Shown: positions 9,797 to 20,699, counted from the stretch's first letter. The stretch: 37,178 nucleotides of DNA from Pachysolen tannophilus NRRL Y-2460 (GCA_001661245.1 KV454014.1:186001-223178), one strand, 5' to 3'. Notes: generated by a model not told the origin, from the letters alone. Translations and numbers: made by a program.

Positions 9797-10822
9797 ATGT
9801 CAAATAAAAATTTCTTCAAATCATTGAAGACAGAGCATGTTAAAGATCATGAGCTTGAATCTTATAATGGTAGATATTCAGAAGTTATTGATTTACAATG
9901 GAATAGTACCGGTTCGAGGATTTCTTATTCTAAGACAGATAGATCTATTCGTATATTGAAAAGGTCTCATGATGAGACCGAGAATGTCTTGTTGATCAGA
10001 AATGCTCATAAATCTCCAGTGGAGAAGATTAGCTGGCACCCAATTTTAGAATATACTTTTGCAACGGTCGCTAAGGATAATGAGGTTAAGATATGGAATA
10101 GTAATTTCAAAAATACAACTTTTGAATGTGTCAAGACTATTCAGTTGAAAAATAGTAATTCTAGAAATATAATGTGTTATTATTCTCCTGATGGGAATTA
10201 TTTAGCTGTTATTGATAAATTTAATGTTATAACATTAATTCAAGCTGAAAATTACATTGAGATTATCTCGATTAAAGAGAATTCAAATATTTACGATTTT
10301 TGCTGGACAAATACTTTCAATTATTTCTTGGCTGGTCTTTCAAATGGTAAGACATTTATATATAAGTTTGGACCACTTGATACAAAGACTAATGATTTGT
10401 ATGAAGTTCATAGAATACATGAATTGAGTAATGGGAATAATTCATCGATAACACAGGTAAAATTTGATCCTAGAGGAGAATTTTTAATTACAGGTGCTTC
10501 AGATGGTGTTATTTCAATCTATGAGACTTTGAGATTCACTTGTTTTGCAACAGTATACGAGGTCGATGAACCGATAAGTTGTATAGATATTAGTAAAGAT
10601 GGTACTTATTTCATAGTCACTTTTGAAAATGGTTCAGCTGCAAAGATTTATGAAGTTGACGGTGGTTCAGAAAATTTGGAGATTGCAAGATGTTTTGTTG
10701 GGCTAACCACGTTACCATTGGCCAAATTCTCTCCTACAAAGACAACAGTAGCTCATACTAATGGTAATGACGGATCTATAAGTGTCCTATACAAAGGTTT
10801 TGAAGCAGTAAGTAGAATGTGA
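9797..10822 (+). CDS. TEX1: WD40 TREX/THO subunit (THOC3/Tex1)
   Basis: WD repeats (LQWNSTGSRISYSKTDRSIRI; ISWHP; VKFDPRGEFLITGASDGVISIYE); synteny with FOL1-GIS2-RTC4; ATG at 9797. Confidence 0.8.
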   Translation: MSNKNFFKSLKTEHVKDHELESYNGRYSEVIDLQWNSTGSRISYSKTDRSIRILKRSHDETENVLLIRNAHKSPVEKISWHPILEYTFATVAKDNEVKIWNSNFKNTTFECVKTIQLKNSNSRNIMCYYSPDGNYLAVIDKFNVITLIQAENYIEIISIKENSNIYDFCWTNTFNYFLAGLSNGKTFIYKFGPLDTKTNDLYEVHRIHELSNGNNSSITQVKFDPRGEFLITGASDGVISIYETLRFTCFATVYEVDEPISCIDISKDGTYFIVTFENGSAAKIYEVDGGSENLEIARCFVGLTTLPLAKFSPTKTTVAHTNGNDGSISVLYKGFEAVSRM

Positions 10823-10934
10823 ATTTTTAACAAAAAAAAAAATAAAAAATAATTTATTCATTTTGATTTATTTATATATATATATATATATGAGTGTGTG
10901 TGTGTAATAAATAATGATGTACTATATACTAGAT

Positions 10935-12908
10935 TTATTTTGCATTCTTTTTGGCATCTCTGCTTCTTACACCAGCTTTCTCAATAACTTTTAAAGTTTT
11001 ATCTTTTAACTCTTCTTGTGCTTTTTCTATTAAATTAATATCCTCGAAACTTTCATCATTTCTAGCATCTGAGATCAATTTTTTCAAATCTTGGATATGC
11101 AGTAGTAAACCTTCTTTCTCTTCTTTAGTGACGAAAACTCCCCATTGGTTCAAGGCTTGTTCTGTATCAAAACAAATCAATTCCAAATTGTTTAATTTTG
11201 TAAAAACATTTCTCCTTGCTTGATCTTTTGTACTATTTAATTTAGACTCATTAACCATCTTTTTAACTTCATCCTCAGTAAGGCCAGTGGAACCGGAAAC
11301 AGTAATGGAACTTTCTTTACCACTAGTTTGATCCCTGGCACTTACTTTGATGATACCATCAGCATCAATTTCAAAAGAAACTTCTATTTTTGGAGCACCT
11401 TTTGGCATTGGTGGTATATCTGATAATTTAAATTCTCCAATCAATTTATTGTCCTGTACCAAGCTTCTTTCTCCTTGATAAACATTAACATTGATTGCAT
11501 TTTGCCCATCAACAGCAGTTGAGTATAATTGTTTAACTTTACATGGAACTGTAGTATTTCTTGGAATTAAAGGAGAGAATATACCACCAAAAGTTTCAAT
11601 ACCTAAAGTTAGAGGTGTTACATCTAATAATAAGACATTTTTCACTTCTCCAACTAATACTGCACCTTGAATTGCAGCTCCCAATGCAACTGCTTCATCT
11701 GGATTAACTGAAGTGTTTGGTTTTTTACCAAAGAAATTTTCAACAGTTTTTATAATTTTTGGCATTCTTGTCATACCACCAACCAAGATTACATCATCAA
11801 TATCTTGTTTAGTCAAATCTGCATCTTTTAATGCTTTTCTAACAGGATCAATTGTTCTTTTAATCAATGGCAAACTCATTTCATCCAATTGATCTTCAGT
11901 CAATTCCAATGCAAGACTTTCAGTTTTTGTTAAGAATGGTAATTCAATTCTTGTCTTTTTCACATGAGTCAAATCAATTTTTGCCTTTTCAGCAGCTTGT
12001 CTTACTCTTTGTATAGCCAATCTATCATTTTTTAAATCAATTCCTGTTTTATTTTTAAAAATTTCTAAAATATGATTTGATACCAAATTATCAAAATCTT
12101 CACCACCTAAATGAGTATCACCATTTGTTGATCTAACTTGGAAAACACCATCTTCAATATCCAATATAGAAATATCAAAAGTACCACCTCCAAGATCATA
12201 AACTGCAACTATACCTTCATTTTTCTTATCTAAACCATAAGCCAATGACGCTGCTGTAGGTTCATTTATAACTCTTAAAACGTTAAGGCCAACAATTTCT
12301 CCAGCTGTCTTAGTTGCTTGTCTTTGAGAATCATTAAAATATGCTGGCACAGTAACAACAGCATTTGTAATATCTCGATCCAAATATTTGGTTGCTATTA
12401 ATTTCATTTCTTTTAATACAAGTCCACCAATTTCTGAAGGTGAATGAGTAGTACCAAATGAAGTTTGTAACCATGCATCTCCATTATCATGTTCCACTAT
12501 CTTATAAGGTACAGTAGACAAATCTTTTTGCACTTCATCATCAGAAAATTTCCTACCAATTAATCTTTTAGTTGCGTAAAAAGTATTTTCATGATTTATC
12601 ACTGCTTGCCTCTTTGCAGGATTACCAACCAAAATATTATTTAAATTTTTCTCTTTAGTGAAAGCAACTATTGAAGGAGTTGTTCTAGCTCCTTCAGAAT
12701 TTTCAATAATTCTTGGAATTTTACCTTCCATAATAGCAACAGCAGAATTTGTAGTTCCTAAATCAATTCCAATAACAACTTCATTTTTCAGTTGAGATGA
12801 TGATTGAAACCTTTGAAAATTTGTAAATTTTGTGAAAATACCATTTTTCACTGCTAACCTCTTACTCGAGCATAATGACAATCTCATAAAATTTTTTGAA
12901 CCTAACAT
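10935..12908 (-). CDS. SSQ1: Mitochondrial Hsp70 specialised for Fe-S cluster biogenesis
   Basis: GIDLGTTNS, TVPAYFNDSQRQAT, DLGGGTFDISILDIEDGVF, GIETFGGIFSPLIPRNTTVP (Ssq1-type rather than Ssc1-type); presequence; ATG at 12908. Confidence 0.85.
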   Translation of the reverse strand: MLGSKNFMRLSLCSSKRLAVKNGIFTKFTNFQRFQSSSQLKNEVVIGIDLGTTNSAVAIMEGKIPRIIENSEGARTTPSIVAFTKEKNLNNILVGNPAKRQAVINHENTFYATKRLIGRKFSDDEVQKDLSTVPYKIVEHDNGDAWLQTSFGTTHSPSEIGGLVLKEMKLIATKYLDRDITNAVVTVPAYFNDSQRQATKTAGEIVGLNVLRVINEPTAASLAYGLDKKNEGIVAVYDLGGGTFDISILDIEDGVFQVRSTNGDTHLGGEDFDNLVSNHILEIFKNKTGIDLKNDRLAIQRVRQAAEKAKIDLTHVKKTRIELPFLTKTESLALELTEDQLDEMSLPLIKRTIDPVRKALKDADLTKQDIDDVILVGGMTRMPKIIKTVENFFGKKPNTSVNPDEAVALGAAIQGAVLVGEVKNVLLLDVTPLTLGIETFGGIFSPLIPRNTTVPCKVKQLYSTAVDGQNAINVNVYQGERSLVQDNKLIGEFKLSDIPPMPKGAPKIEVSFEIDADGIIKVSARDQTSGKESSITVSGSTGLTEDEVKKMVNESKLNSTKDQARRNVFTKLNNLELICFDTEQALNQWGVFVTKEEKEGLLLHIQDLKKLISDARNDESFEDINLIEKAQEELKDKTLKVIEKAGVRSRDAKKNAK

Positions 12909-14842
12909 TTCCCAATTCAATTCAAATTTAATTTAACTTAAACCAAGAAAAAAAAATGATAAATCTACTTCTTCATAAGACCTTTATTAATAATCTATAT
13001 CTTAACTAATCATAGTTGTGATCTTGCCAATATATATCTATCTATCTTCTTTTGCTCTTTGGAAAACTCGTACATACAAAATCCCAAAAAGGAAATTTTT
13101 CAGTTTTAGGAAATTTTTAAAAAGTCAGACTTCTGTATTAGGAAATTAGTTCATGCGCTATAGAAAATTACTTTATGTGGTTCTTTAGCTTCCTCATTTG
13201 GTAATTCCGGCGAATACTTCCGAACCATAAAATGAGTTTATAGAGAAAGAAATAGAAAACAAGAAAGAAATAGAGAAATAGTTATTTGAAATAGTAGATT
13301 AGATTTAGGGTTTAGTAGTTGGAAAAAGTAAATTGTTAATTGTTAGTTTTAACAGTTTGACGGTTGATTTTGTCTTTGATTTTAGGTTTTTGAAACGTTT
13401 TTCGGTTTAATAAATCAAAAGCCTGCATGCAATTCTTTAAAATCAGAAGATGAAGAAGAAGCGCTTGCATCTGCAAAAGCGTTTAGGAAAAAAAAAAAAT
13501 GGAAATAATCAGACAATAGATTGATGTAGAAAGTCACCTTTTTTCTTTTAAATATTTTTTTTTACCCAATATGTAAGAGAACTGAATAAAATATTTTATT
13601 TTTCAGCAGGTGATACTCTATATTTATCCGAAACATAAAACTGTAGGCACATATACAGATAGTAATAGCCTTCTTTAAAAAATATTTCTGCTTTATTTAC
13701 ATGTTTTAGCAGCATTCCACTAATAAATGGCCATCTTCTCTAATAATAGATAGTAGTAATACAATTTAACAGTTAATTGTTTGGATGTATTTGATTATTT
13801 TTCAAATCTTGAATTTTGAATTTTTCCGTGAAAAATGCATGACACTATTTTTTTTTCCATTTTTTTTTTTTTTCTTTTGGGCAGTTTCTATCGGAAAACC
13901 TATTTACGATGACGATCCTATGTAGAACATAACAAACACACATATACTATTGAAAATGAACATTTTTTTTTCTTTATTTTGTTTTTGATCTTTTAGCTTT
14001 TTCTAAATCAAACGATTCCAAGCCAATATTTATCCGGATAGTCTTGGATTACAATTATAATAGGTTTGTATTATAAGTTATAGTACAGTTTGTTGTATAT
14101 TTTGGTTAGTAGTTAAGCCGTATTCTAGTGGTATGAATGTATGTAGGATATCGGATATAACACATTAATAGTACCAGGTACTAGGTAAAAAAAGATAATC
14201 ATTTTTTTTTTAAAGTTTACAACTAATATACAATATAACCAATTTATTTTTTTTTTCCTTTTCGTACTATATTCTTCTTACTTAGTATTATTGATCGGAT
14301 TTTTAAGTAGCAATAAAACCCACGGTATTATATATATGTTTATAATTGTTGTTTTAGGCCAACTTAATTTTTAGCTTCTCCTCTTCTATTTCATCATCTC
14401 CTCAATTGTATTGCTCTTTATTTCGGCTTATGGCCCGTGAAAAAAGAGAAAGAAAAGAAAGAAAAAAAAAAAAAAAAAAAGTCGTCTCATGCATTAAATG
14501 GCGTGCATTTTTCGAAATACAATAATAAATTAATTTATCCGAATGCTTCTTTCATGAATAGTACCGTGTGTTTTTTTTATTATTATTATTTTTTTGTTTC
14601 TTTTTGACCTCCTCCCCTTAGGAAAAAAAAAAATCTTCCAATCTGAAATTTTTTGAACTCAGCATCTAGGGTTGGTTGTATTATGTATTTACATATATAT
14701 ATAAAGAGATGTATTTCCTTTTAATTCTTTACAAGTTTTCTTAATATATGTACCTGTAAATCTTTTTTTTTGAGAATTAAAATAATTCAAGTTTTTCAAT
14801 AATACTTTTTAAAGTACTATACATATTACATAAAGCGGTATA

Positions 14843-15844
14843 ATGAACTCAGTGGCAAACGGTAATAGTTTTAAAGATCAACAGTTTGACTGGTCCACTA
14901 TATATGATGTTTTCATTAACGGTGGCCAGCAGAACCAACAAAGTCAAAGCCAACAAAGTCAAAGCCAACAAAGTCAGAGACAAAACCTTGCGTCATCGCC
15001 ATCACATCACCAGCAGTTACAGTTACAACAGCTTTTAAAACTGAAACTTGAACAACAACAACAACAACAACAACAGCAGCAGCAACAGCAGCAACAATGT
15101 TTCTCACCAAGGGGACCAGAATCTCCATTATCAACTGTGGTAGAAGAAGTATGGTTGGATAGTTTGTTGAATACAGAACCAATTTCTTTAGTTCAAACAA
15201 GCTCTTCTGGAGATTGTGGTGATAGTCTTTTCAGTAATTCCAATCTCAATTCTAGATTACAATCTGCTCAGACTTCATTTTCAAATACTCCGGTTTTAAA
15301 ATCAGAAATAAGAAACGATGAAATTCCAAGATTACCATTATCAAATGTAGAATCTCCAATTTCTAGAAATAGTTCAATGGATTCAATGTTTAGAGATATT
15401 TTTTCAGATACAGCTGAAGAAGAAAATAACATTCAAGAACAACAAAATGACTTGAAACAAAATCAATCCATGAATAATAATAACACCAAATCATCAGAAG
15501 AAGGAACAAAAAGAAAAAGAACCCCAAGAAAAAGATTAACTGTACATCAAAAAGAAGCTCATAATAAAATTGAAAAAAGATATAGAATTAATATCAATGC
15601 TAAAATTGCAGGTTTACAAAAAATCATTCCATGGGTTTCAAATGAAAAAACTGCTTTTGAAATTGGTGATCTTGAAAATGATAAAGATATCAAAACAGAG
15701 AGATCAATTCCAAGATTAAATAAAAGTATAATCTTAGATAAAGCTACCGCCTATATCTTGCATTTAAGGGAAAAGGAAATAAAGATGGCACAAGAAAATG
15801 AAAGATTAAGAGAAGAAATAAGAATTCTTCGCAACGGAGCTTGA
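14843..15844 (+). CDS. TYE7: bHLH glycolytic transcription activator (Tye7/Sgc1/Sck1 family)
   Basis: AHNKIEKRYRININAKIAGLQKIIPWVSNEKTAFEIGD...LNKSIILDKATAYI (SREBP-type Tyr in the basic region); Q-rich N-terminus. Confidence 0.9.
   Translation: MNSVANGNSFKDQQFDWSTIYDVFINGGQQNQQSQSQQSQSQQSQRQNLASSPSHHQQLQLQQLLKLKLEQQQQQQQQQQQQQQQCFSPRGPESPLSTVVEEVWLDSLLNTEPISLVQTSSSGDCGDSLFSNSNLNSRLQSAQTSFSNTPVLKSEIRNDEIPRLPLSNVESPISRNSSMDSMFRDIFSDTAEEENNIQEQQNDLKQNQSMNNNNTKSSEEGTKRKRTPRKRLTVHQKEAHNKIEKRYRININAKIAGLQKIIPWVSNEKTAFEIGDLENDKDIKTERSIPRLNKSIILDKATAYILHLREKEIKMAQENERLREEIRILRNGA
14935..15097 (+). repeat. Coding repeats in TYE7: 15-nt tandem (CCAACAAAGTCAAAG)x~3 and a CAA/CAG poly-Q tract
   Basis: 14935-14979 encodes QQSQS repeats; 15053-15097 encodes Q15. 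Confidence 0.85.
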
Positions 15845-16603
15845 ACTACAGAATTAATAATAATAATAATAATAAAAAAAAAAAGTATATTTATTTTAAC
15901 GAGTCTTTCTTTTATGACATACAAACGATTTTTAACTCTTATTTTTTTTTTTCTTCTTTTAAAGTATTTTGTTATGGGATAACTACATACATACATATAT
16001 ATATATATTACTAATTTTTTTTTGTATATTATTGAATTTTTTTTTTCTACTTATGATGAAAGTTTGATATTATAATGATTTTACGTTGTTTTTTTACTTT
16101 TTTTTCTTTGCCTTTTCGTTTCGTTTGTGGATACATTTATAAATACAAAATTATTGATTAAAATTATTAAACTATTAAATTTTGTAATTAAAATTGTTTA
16201 TGGACCATTATTGACCATTAACCGCTTATCGGTATTGCGTCGAAAAGAAGTAATGCATACGTAGATCACGCTTTTCCTAAAGAGGAATATGCATGTATCT
16301 TAACTAATAGTCTATTATTTTCTATTTTATTTTATTTTATTTTGTATTATTTTATTGTAGTGTACAAGGATCCCAATTTCTCAATTGAGCTACTTTCTAT
16401 AAAAGTTTGGTATTAAAGATTTCAATGCCAAAGCTAAAGGAAGAAAGGAAGTGTACTTATTTTACTTTACTTTAATTTACATTTTTATTGTTTTTTCAAT
16501 TAAAGTTAACAAAAAAAAAAAGCTAATTTAAACTTTTTTCATATTTATGTCCAGGACCAATAGATAAAGTGGGATTTTGTTTGTTAGTATTATAATTTAT
16601 ATT

Positions 16604-16890
16604 CCCCGCTGAAAATAATATTTTTTCGATTTCGCTCACTGTCTTTTGTGCAGATTGTTGGAAAATTTCATAAAAAATATAACCCACACTCGGTTGAAAG
16701 GAGGGGAAGAAATTATTTCTTCTTGCTTACATATATATAAATACATATTTATTATAAAAATCTTGCAGATGAGGACAGCAGCAAAGCTGCTGTCATCTAC
16801 TAGATGCTATTAATGGGTTGTATTTTATTTTATTTTTTTTATTTTTTTGTCCATGCCGACTGAATCTTTACTACCCCTTTACCCCAGAAA
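16604..16890. promoter_or_regulatory. Candidate Mig1 (CCCCRS + AT flank) and STRE sites upstream of the JEN transporter
   Basis: CCCCGC 16604-16609, CCCCAG 16882-16887, AGGGG ~16703, CCCCT ~16874. Glucose repression of JEN genes is known in other yeasts; function here is inferred. Confidence 0.45.
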
Positions 16891-17042
16891 TAGATTGTCG
16901 AAGAATGAAAACAAAAAAAAAATAAAAATCAACGAGAAATAATAAATAATTACTGGATTAAAGAGTATATATATTTCATCAACTTTTTCGTTTTAGTTTT
17001 TTTTTTTCGCTTTTGTAACATTGTAGTGCGCCTGTAAGTAAA

Positions 17043-18677
17043 ATGGATTCGCAGTATAGTAGAGATTCGCTAGATAAGACTCAACAAGTTGATGATGGTT
17101 ATGAAAATAATCATAATGGTGGTCTAAGTCCACCAGATTTTTCCAGTGTAACGATTAAACATTATCTCAAGACAAGATTTACTGAATTAATTCCAACAGT
17201 GGAAGAAATTAAATCTAAGAGACATCTTGTTAATCCGTTTCCTCCTTTGAAAAATATGACATGGAAACAATGGAGTTTTTTCGGAGTTTCATTTTGGAGT
17301 TGGACCCTTGATTCTTTTGATTATTTTGCAGTTAGTTTAAATGTTTCAAATTTGAGTAAAACATTTGATGTATCAACTGCTGATATAACATGGGGTATTA
17401 CGTTGGTATTAATGTTAAGATCAGTTGGTGCTATAATTTTTGGTGTATTAAGTGATAGATATGGTAGAAAATGGCCTTTAATAAGTAATTTGATTTTACT
17501 TTCAATTTTACAAATTGCTACAGGTTTTGTTAATACTTATAAACAATTTTTAGGTGTTCGATCACTTTTTGGTATAGCAATGGGTGGATTATATGGTAAT
17601 GTTGCTGCAACTGCATTAGAAGATGCTCCTTCAGATGCTAGAGGTATTTTATCTGGTTTACTACAAGAAGGTTATGCTTTTGGTTATTTATTAGCAGTAG
17701 TTTTCCAAAGAGCTTTAGCTGATACAACTTCAAAAGGATGGAGATCAATGTTTTGGTTTAGTGCAGGTGTGACTTTAATTTTTATTGTTTGGAGAATGCT
17801 ATTACCAGAAACTAATACTTATAAAAGACAAAAAGCTCTTTCTGAAAAATCTGGTTCTGCTTCAAAAATATTTATTCAACAAGCAAAATCATCTATAAAA
17901 ATTTATTGGCTTATTTGTATTTACCTTGTTATACTAATGGCAGGTTTTAATTTCATGAGTCATGGTTCACAAGATTTATATCCAACTTTACTAGATGTTC
18001 AATTAGGTTTTAGTACAGATGCTTCAACAGTGACAAATTCTGTAGCAAATTTAGGTGCTTTTACAGGTGGTATCTTTATTGGTTATATTAGTGAATTCAT
18101 TGGTAGAAGATTATCTATAATCATATGTTGTATTCTTGGAGGTGCAATGATTTATCCATGGCTGTTTTTAACAGGTTCAGGCATTAATGCAGGATGTTTT
18201 TTCTTACAATTTATGGTTCAAGGAGCATGGGGTGTTATTCCAATTCATTTAAGTGAATTGGCACCTCTGCATTTTAGATCATTTATAGTAGGTACTAGTT
18301 ACCAATTAGGTAACCTATGTAGTTCAGCAAGTTCTACCATAGAAGCAACAATTGGTGAAAGATTTCCATTATATGATTCAAATGGTAACAAAGAAAATGG
18401 TGTTTATAACTATGCAAAAGTAATGTCTATATTTATGGGATGTGTTTTCGCATTTGTATTATTAGTTGCTTTATTTGGACCTGAAAATAAAGGTGCAAAT
18501 ATTGCTATGGATACTATAATTGATAAAGATTTTAAAAATGATGAAGAAGCACAATTAGATGAAGAAAAAGAACAAACCGAATATGAAGAATTGGTTTATA
18601 ATAATGAAGAAGGTGATGAAGTTGATGAATGTGAATCTAATGAATCTCAAGTCGGAAAAGCGGTTCAATTGAATTAA
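17043..18677 (+). CDS. JEN1: JEN-family MFS carboxylate:H+ symporter (more Jen2/dicarboxylate-like)
   Basis: DITWGITLVLMLRSVGA, DRYGRKWP, NFMSHGSQDLYPT signature, QGAWGVIPIHLSEL, YQLGNL; ~12 hydrophobic segments. JEN1 vs JEN2 subfamily is not resolved. Confidence 0.85.
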   Translation: MDSQYSRDSLDKTQQVDDGYENNHNGGLSPPDFSSVTIKHYLKTRFTELIPTVEEIKSKRHLVNPFPPLKNMTWKQWSFFGVSFWSWTLDSFDYFAVSLNVSNLSKTFDVSTADITWGITLVLMLRSVGAIIFGVLSDRYGRKWPLISNLILLSILQIATGFVNTYKQFLGVRSLFGIAMGGLYGNVAATALEDAPSDARGILSGLLQEGYAFGYLLAVVFQRALADTTSKGWRSMFWFSAGVTLIFIVWRMLLPETNTYKRQKALSEKSGSASKIFIQQAKSSIKIYWLICIYLVILMAGFNFMSHGSQDLYPTLLDVQLGFSTDASTVTNSVANLGAFTGGIFIGYISEFIGRRLSIIICCILGGAMIYPWLFLTGSGINAGCFFLQFMVQGAWGVIPIHLSELAPLHFRSFIVGTSYQLGNLCSSASSTIEATIGERFPLYDSNGNKENGVYNYAKVMSIFMGCVFAFVLLVALFGPENKGANIAMDTIIDKDFKNDEEAQLDEEKEQTEYEELVYNNEEGDEVDECESNESQVGKAVQLN

Positions 18678-18727
18678 GAGCTATTTTTTACAACAAGGTT
18701 TATCCATATCATATATATATATATATA

Positions 18728-19551
18728 TCATGGAGCTGGAGATGATTTTTCCGAAACTTCAGATTCTGAATCATCATCTGTAAGTGAACTCATTGAATCA
18801 TAATTAAGATATTCTTCCAAGGAAAGATGTTGTATCCGATCATCCAGTGGCTGTGAAGTTGTAGTTGAAGAAAATTTTTTTCTTGTGGTGTTGTCTTAAT
18901 TTGTTCTTTTTGTTGATATATTGGTTTTTTACAAATTGGCCATCTTTCTAATCCATCATTATTACGGATCCAACTGAAATTTTCAAATTTTTCAGTACTA
19001 TCAGAAGTTATCAGAAGCAATTTTTCAAATTTACGTTCTGATTCCTTTATTAAAGAATCTGAATCTATCTCATCATTATTATTGTCGTTACTTTCATTGT
19101 CATCCCTCATAATAGGTGACTGATGTTCTATCTTCAAGATATCATCATCATTATCATCTGTAGATTTGATATTTATGAAATTCAAGATATTATTTACTGG
19201 CATTAAAAAATTGGAAATATCTTCATGGTATAATTGATCCTTTTCACAAGGTTCATTTTTAACCAATTCTTGTTCCGATTCCGATAATTCTGAATCCAAT
19301 TTTCTTCTTTTAAAGTTAATTTGTGAGTTAACATTATCTTCATTATCTTGTTGAAATTTTCTTGATAATCCATGCATCGATTGCAATTTATCCTCTTCGA
19401 CTATTACATTATTAATATTATTAATACTTTTTAAATCTTTCAAAACAGAGCGATGAGGAACAACAACAACTCTTTCATTGGCTGTTGTACTTGACATCTC
19501 TTTTGCTCTTTCTGATAAACGGCGAATACGACTAGACTTACGAGTTGACAT
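18728..19551 (-). CDS. Orphan hydrophilic protein (~274 aa if one A is restored at the 18875-18881 run; 253 aa as assembled)
   Basis: Long ATG-initiated ORF with yeast-like composition, a KRRK basic motif and an RSVLKDL D-box-like motif. The -1 frame continues SSTTTSQP..EEYLNYDSMSSLTDDDSESEVSEKSSPAP to TGA at 18730-18728. Confidence 0.6.
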
Positions 19552-19837
19552 CGCTCAAAAATTTCACGGTCACTAAATAAATTTATACGCCCACAAGTGA
19601 AGAAAAAAAAAACTTTCAAGGCCCTTCTTTTTATTGGTAAACAATAAAATAAGAAAATAACCAAAATAAACTTCCTATAATATATATAGTTGTTATATAA
19701 ATATTTTTAAAAACAAAAAAGTTGAACTGTTCATTCTAGTTTTCAATAGCTTTTTATTGAAAAATTTCTTTTTGAAATCGTGCGGCTTCCAGTTTAAAAA
19801 ATTTTTTTTTTTTTTTTTTTTAAACTTTTAATTTTAA

Positions 19838-20185
19838 ATGTGCATGAGATGCCCGTTACCCTACCCAGGTACTAAACAAAACAATAGAAATAAATAATAC
19901 CGAGAAGATATTTCTACATTACCATCATCAATTTTCACTAAAAAGTTCTATCCTAGTCAATTGGAGTATAGATATCATGAACATTTAAATTTAGCATTAA
20001 CAGATATTGCAATCAAGAATATTGATTATTCTATAGGTGGCAATAATAATATTGATTTATTGGATAAAAATACTACGATTGGCAGAGGTAAAACTACAAA
20101 CTATACTAATGCTATTAAGAAAAGAGCAACTAATAACGATGTTTATCTCACTGATGTTGCAGATTATAATGAATTTTTAATTTAG
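19838..20185 (+). pseudogene. Possible degenerate gene fragment (ATG 19838/19844, in-frame TAA at 19895, open to TAG 20183-20185)
   Basis: About 115 codons in one frame with a single stop, in a stretch lacking the homopolymers typical of local intergenic DNA. Confidence 0.25.
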
Positions 20186-20699
20186 AAAACTATGGAGTAT
20201 GAAGGATAACCTTTTTTTTTTTAATTTTTTAATTTTTTTCTTTGACATTTTCTTTTTTCATTTCTTGCATTTTCTATTTAACTATAGTTCATTATTTTGT
20301 TTCTATAGAGTTTAAATCGTGGTTATTCCTTGCTTTCTTTTCTTCTTATCGGAATTGTTTGTGTGATTGTTTGTGTGTGAATTATGTTTTTTTTTTTTTT
20401 TGAACTTGATATATATTATTTTAATTTGAGTATAGGTTAGTTAGGTTTTTATCATATATTCTTATTTATTCCAATTAAGAGTACGTTACTTTTATGAATT
20501 TATTGTAAGCTATTTAACTATTATTGAAAATTAATCAAAAATGTAAAAATGAATATGACCTTATATACTTTTTTTTTTTTTTTAATTTTATCTTTAAATT
20601 TAAACTAAAGTAAACTAGAAAGCGAAAGCGAATGACCTAAAACACAACAAAAAAAAACATTAAAAAAAAACCAATAAATAAAAAACCCAATTTTTGGTC

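Noticed and set aside
10935..12908. Bacterial dnaK/HGT or SSC1
   Set aside because: Mitochondrial presequence, host-like composition and Ssq1-type residues
17034..17039. GTAAGT just before the JEN ATG as a splice donor
   Set aside because: No convincing branch/acceptor downstream, and the ORF is complete without splicing
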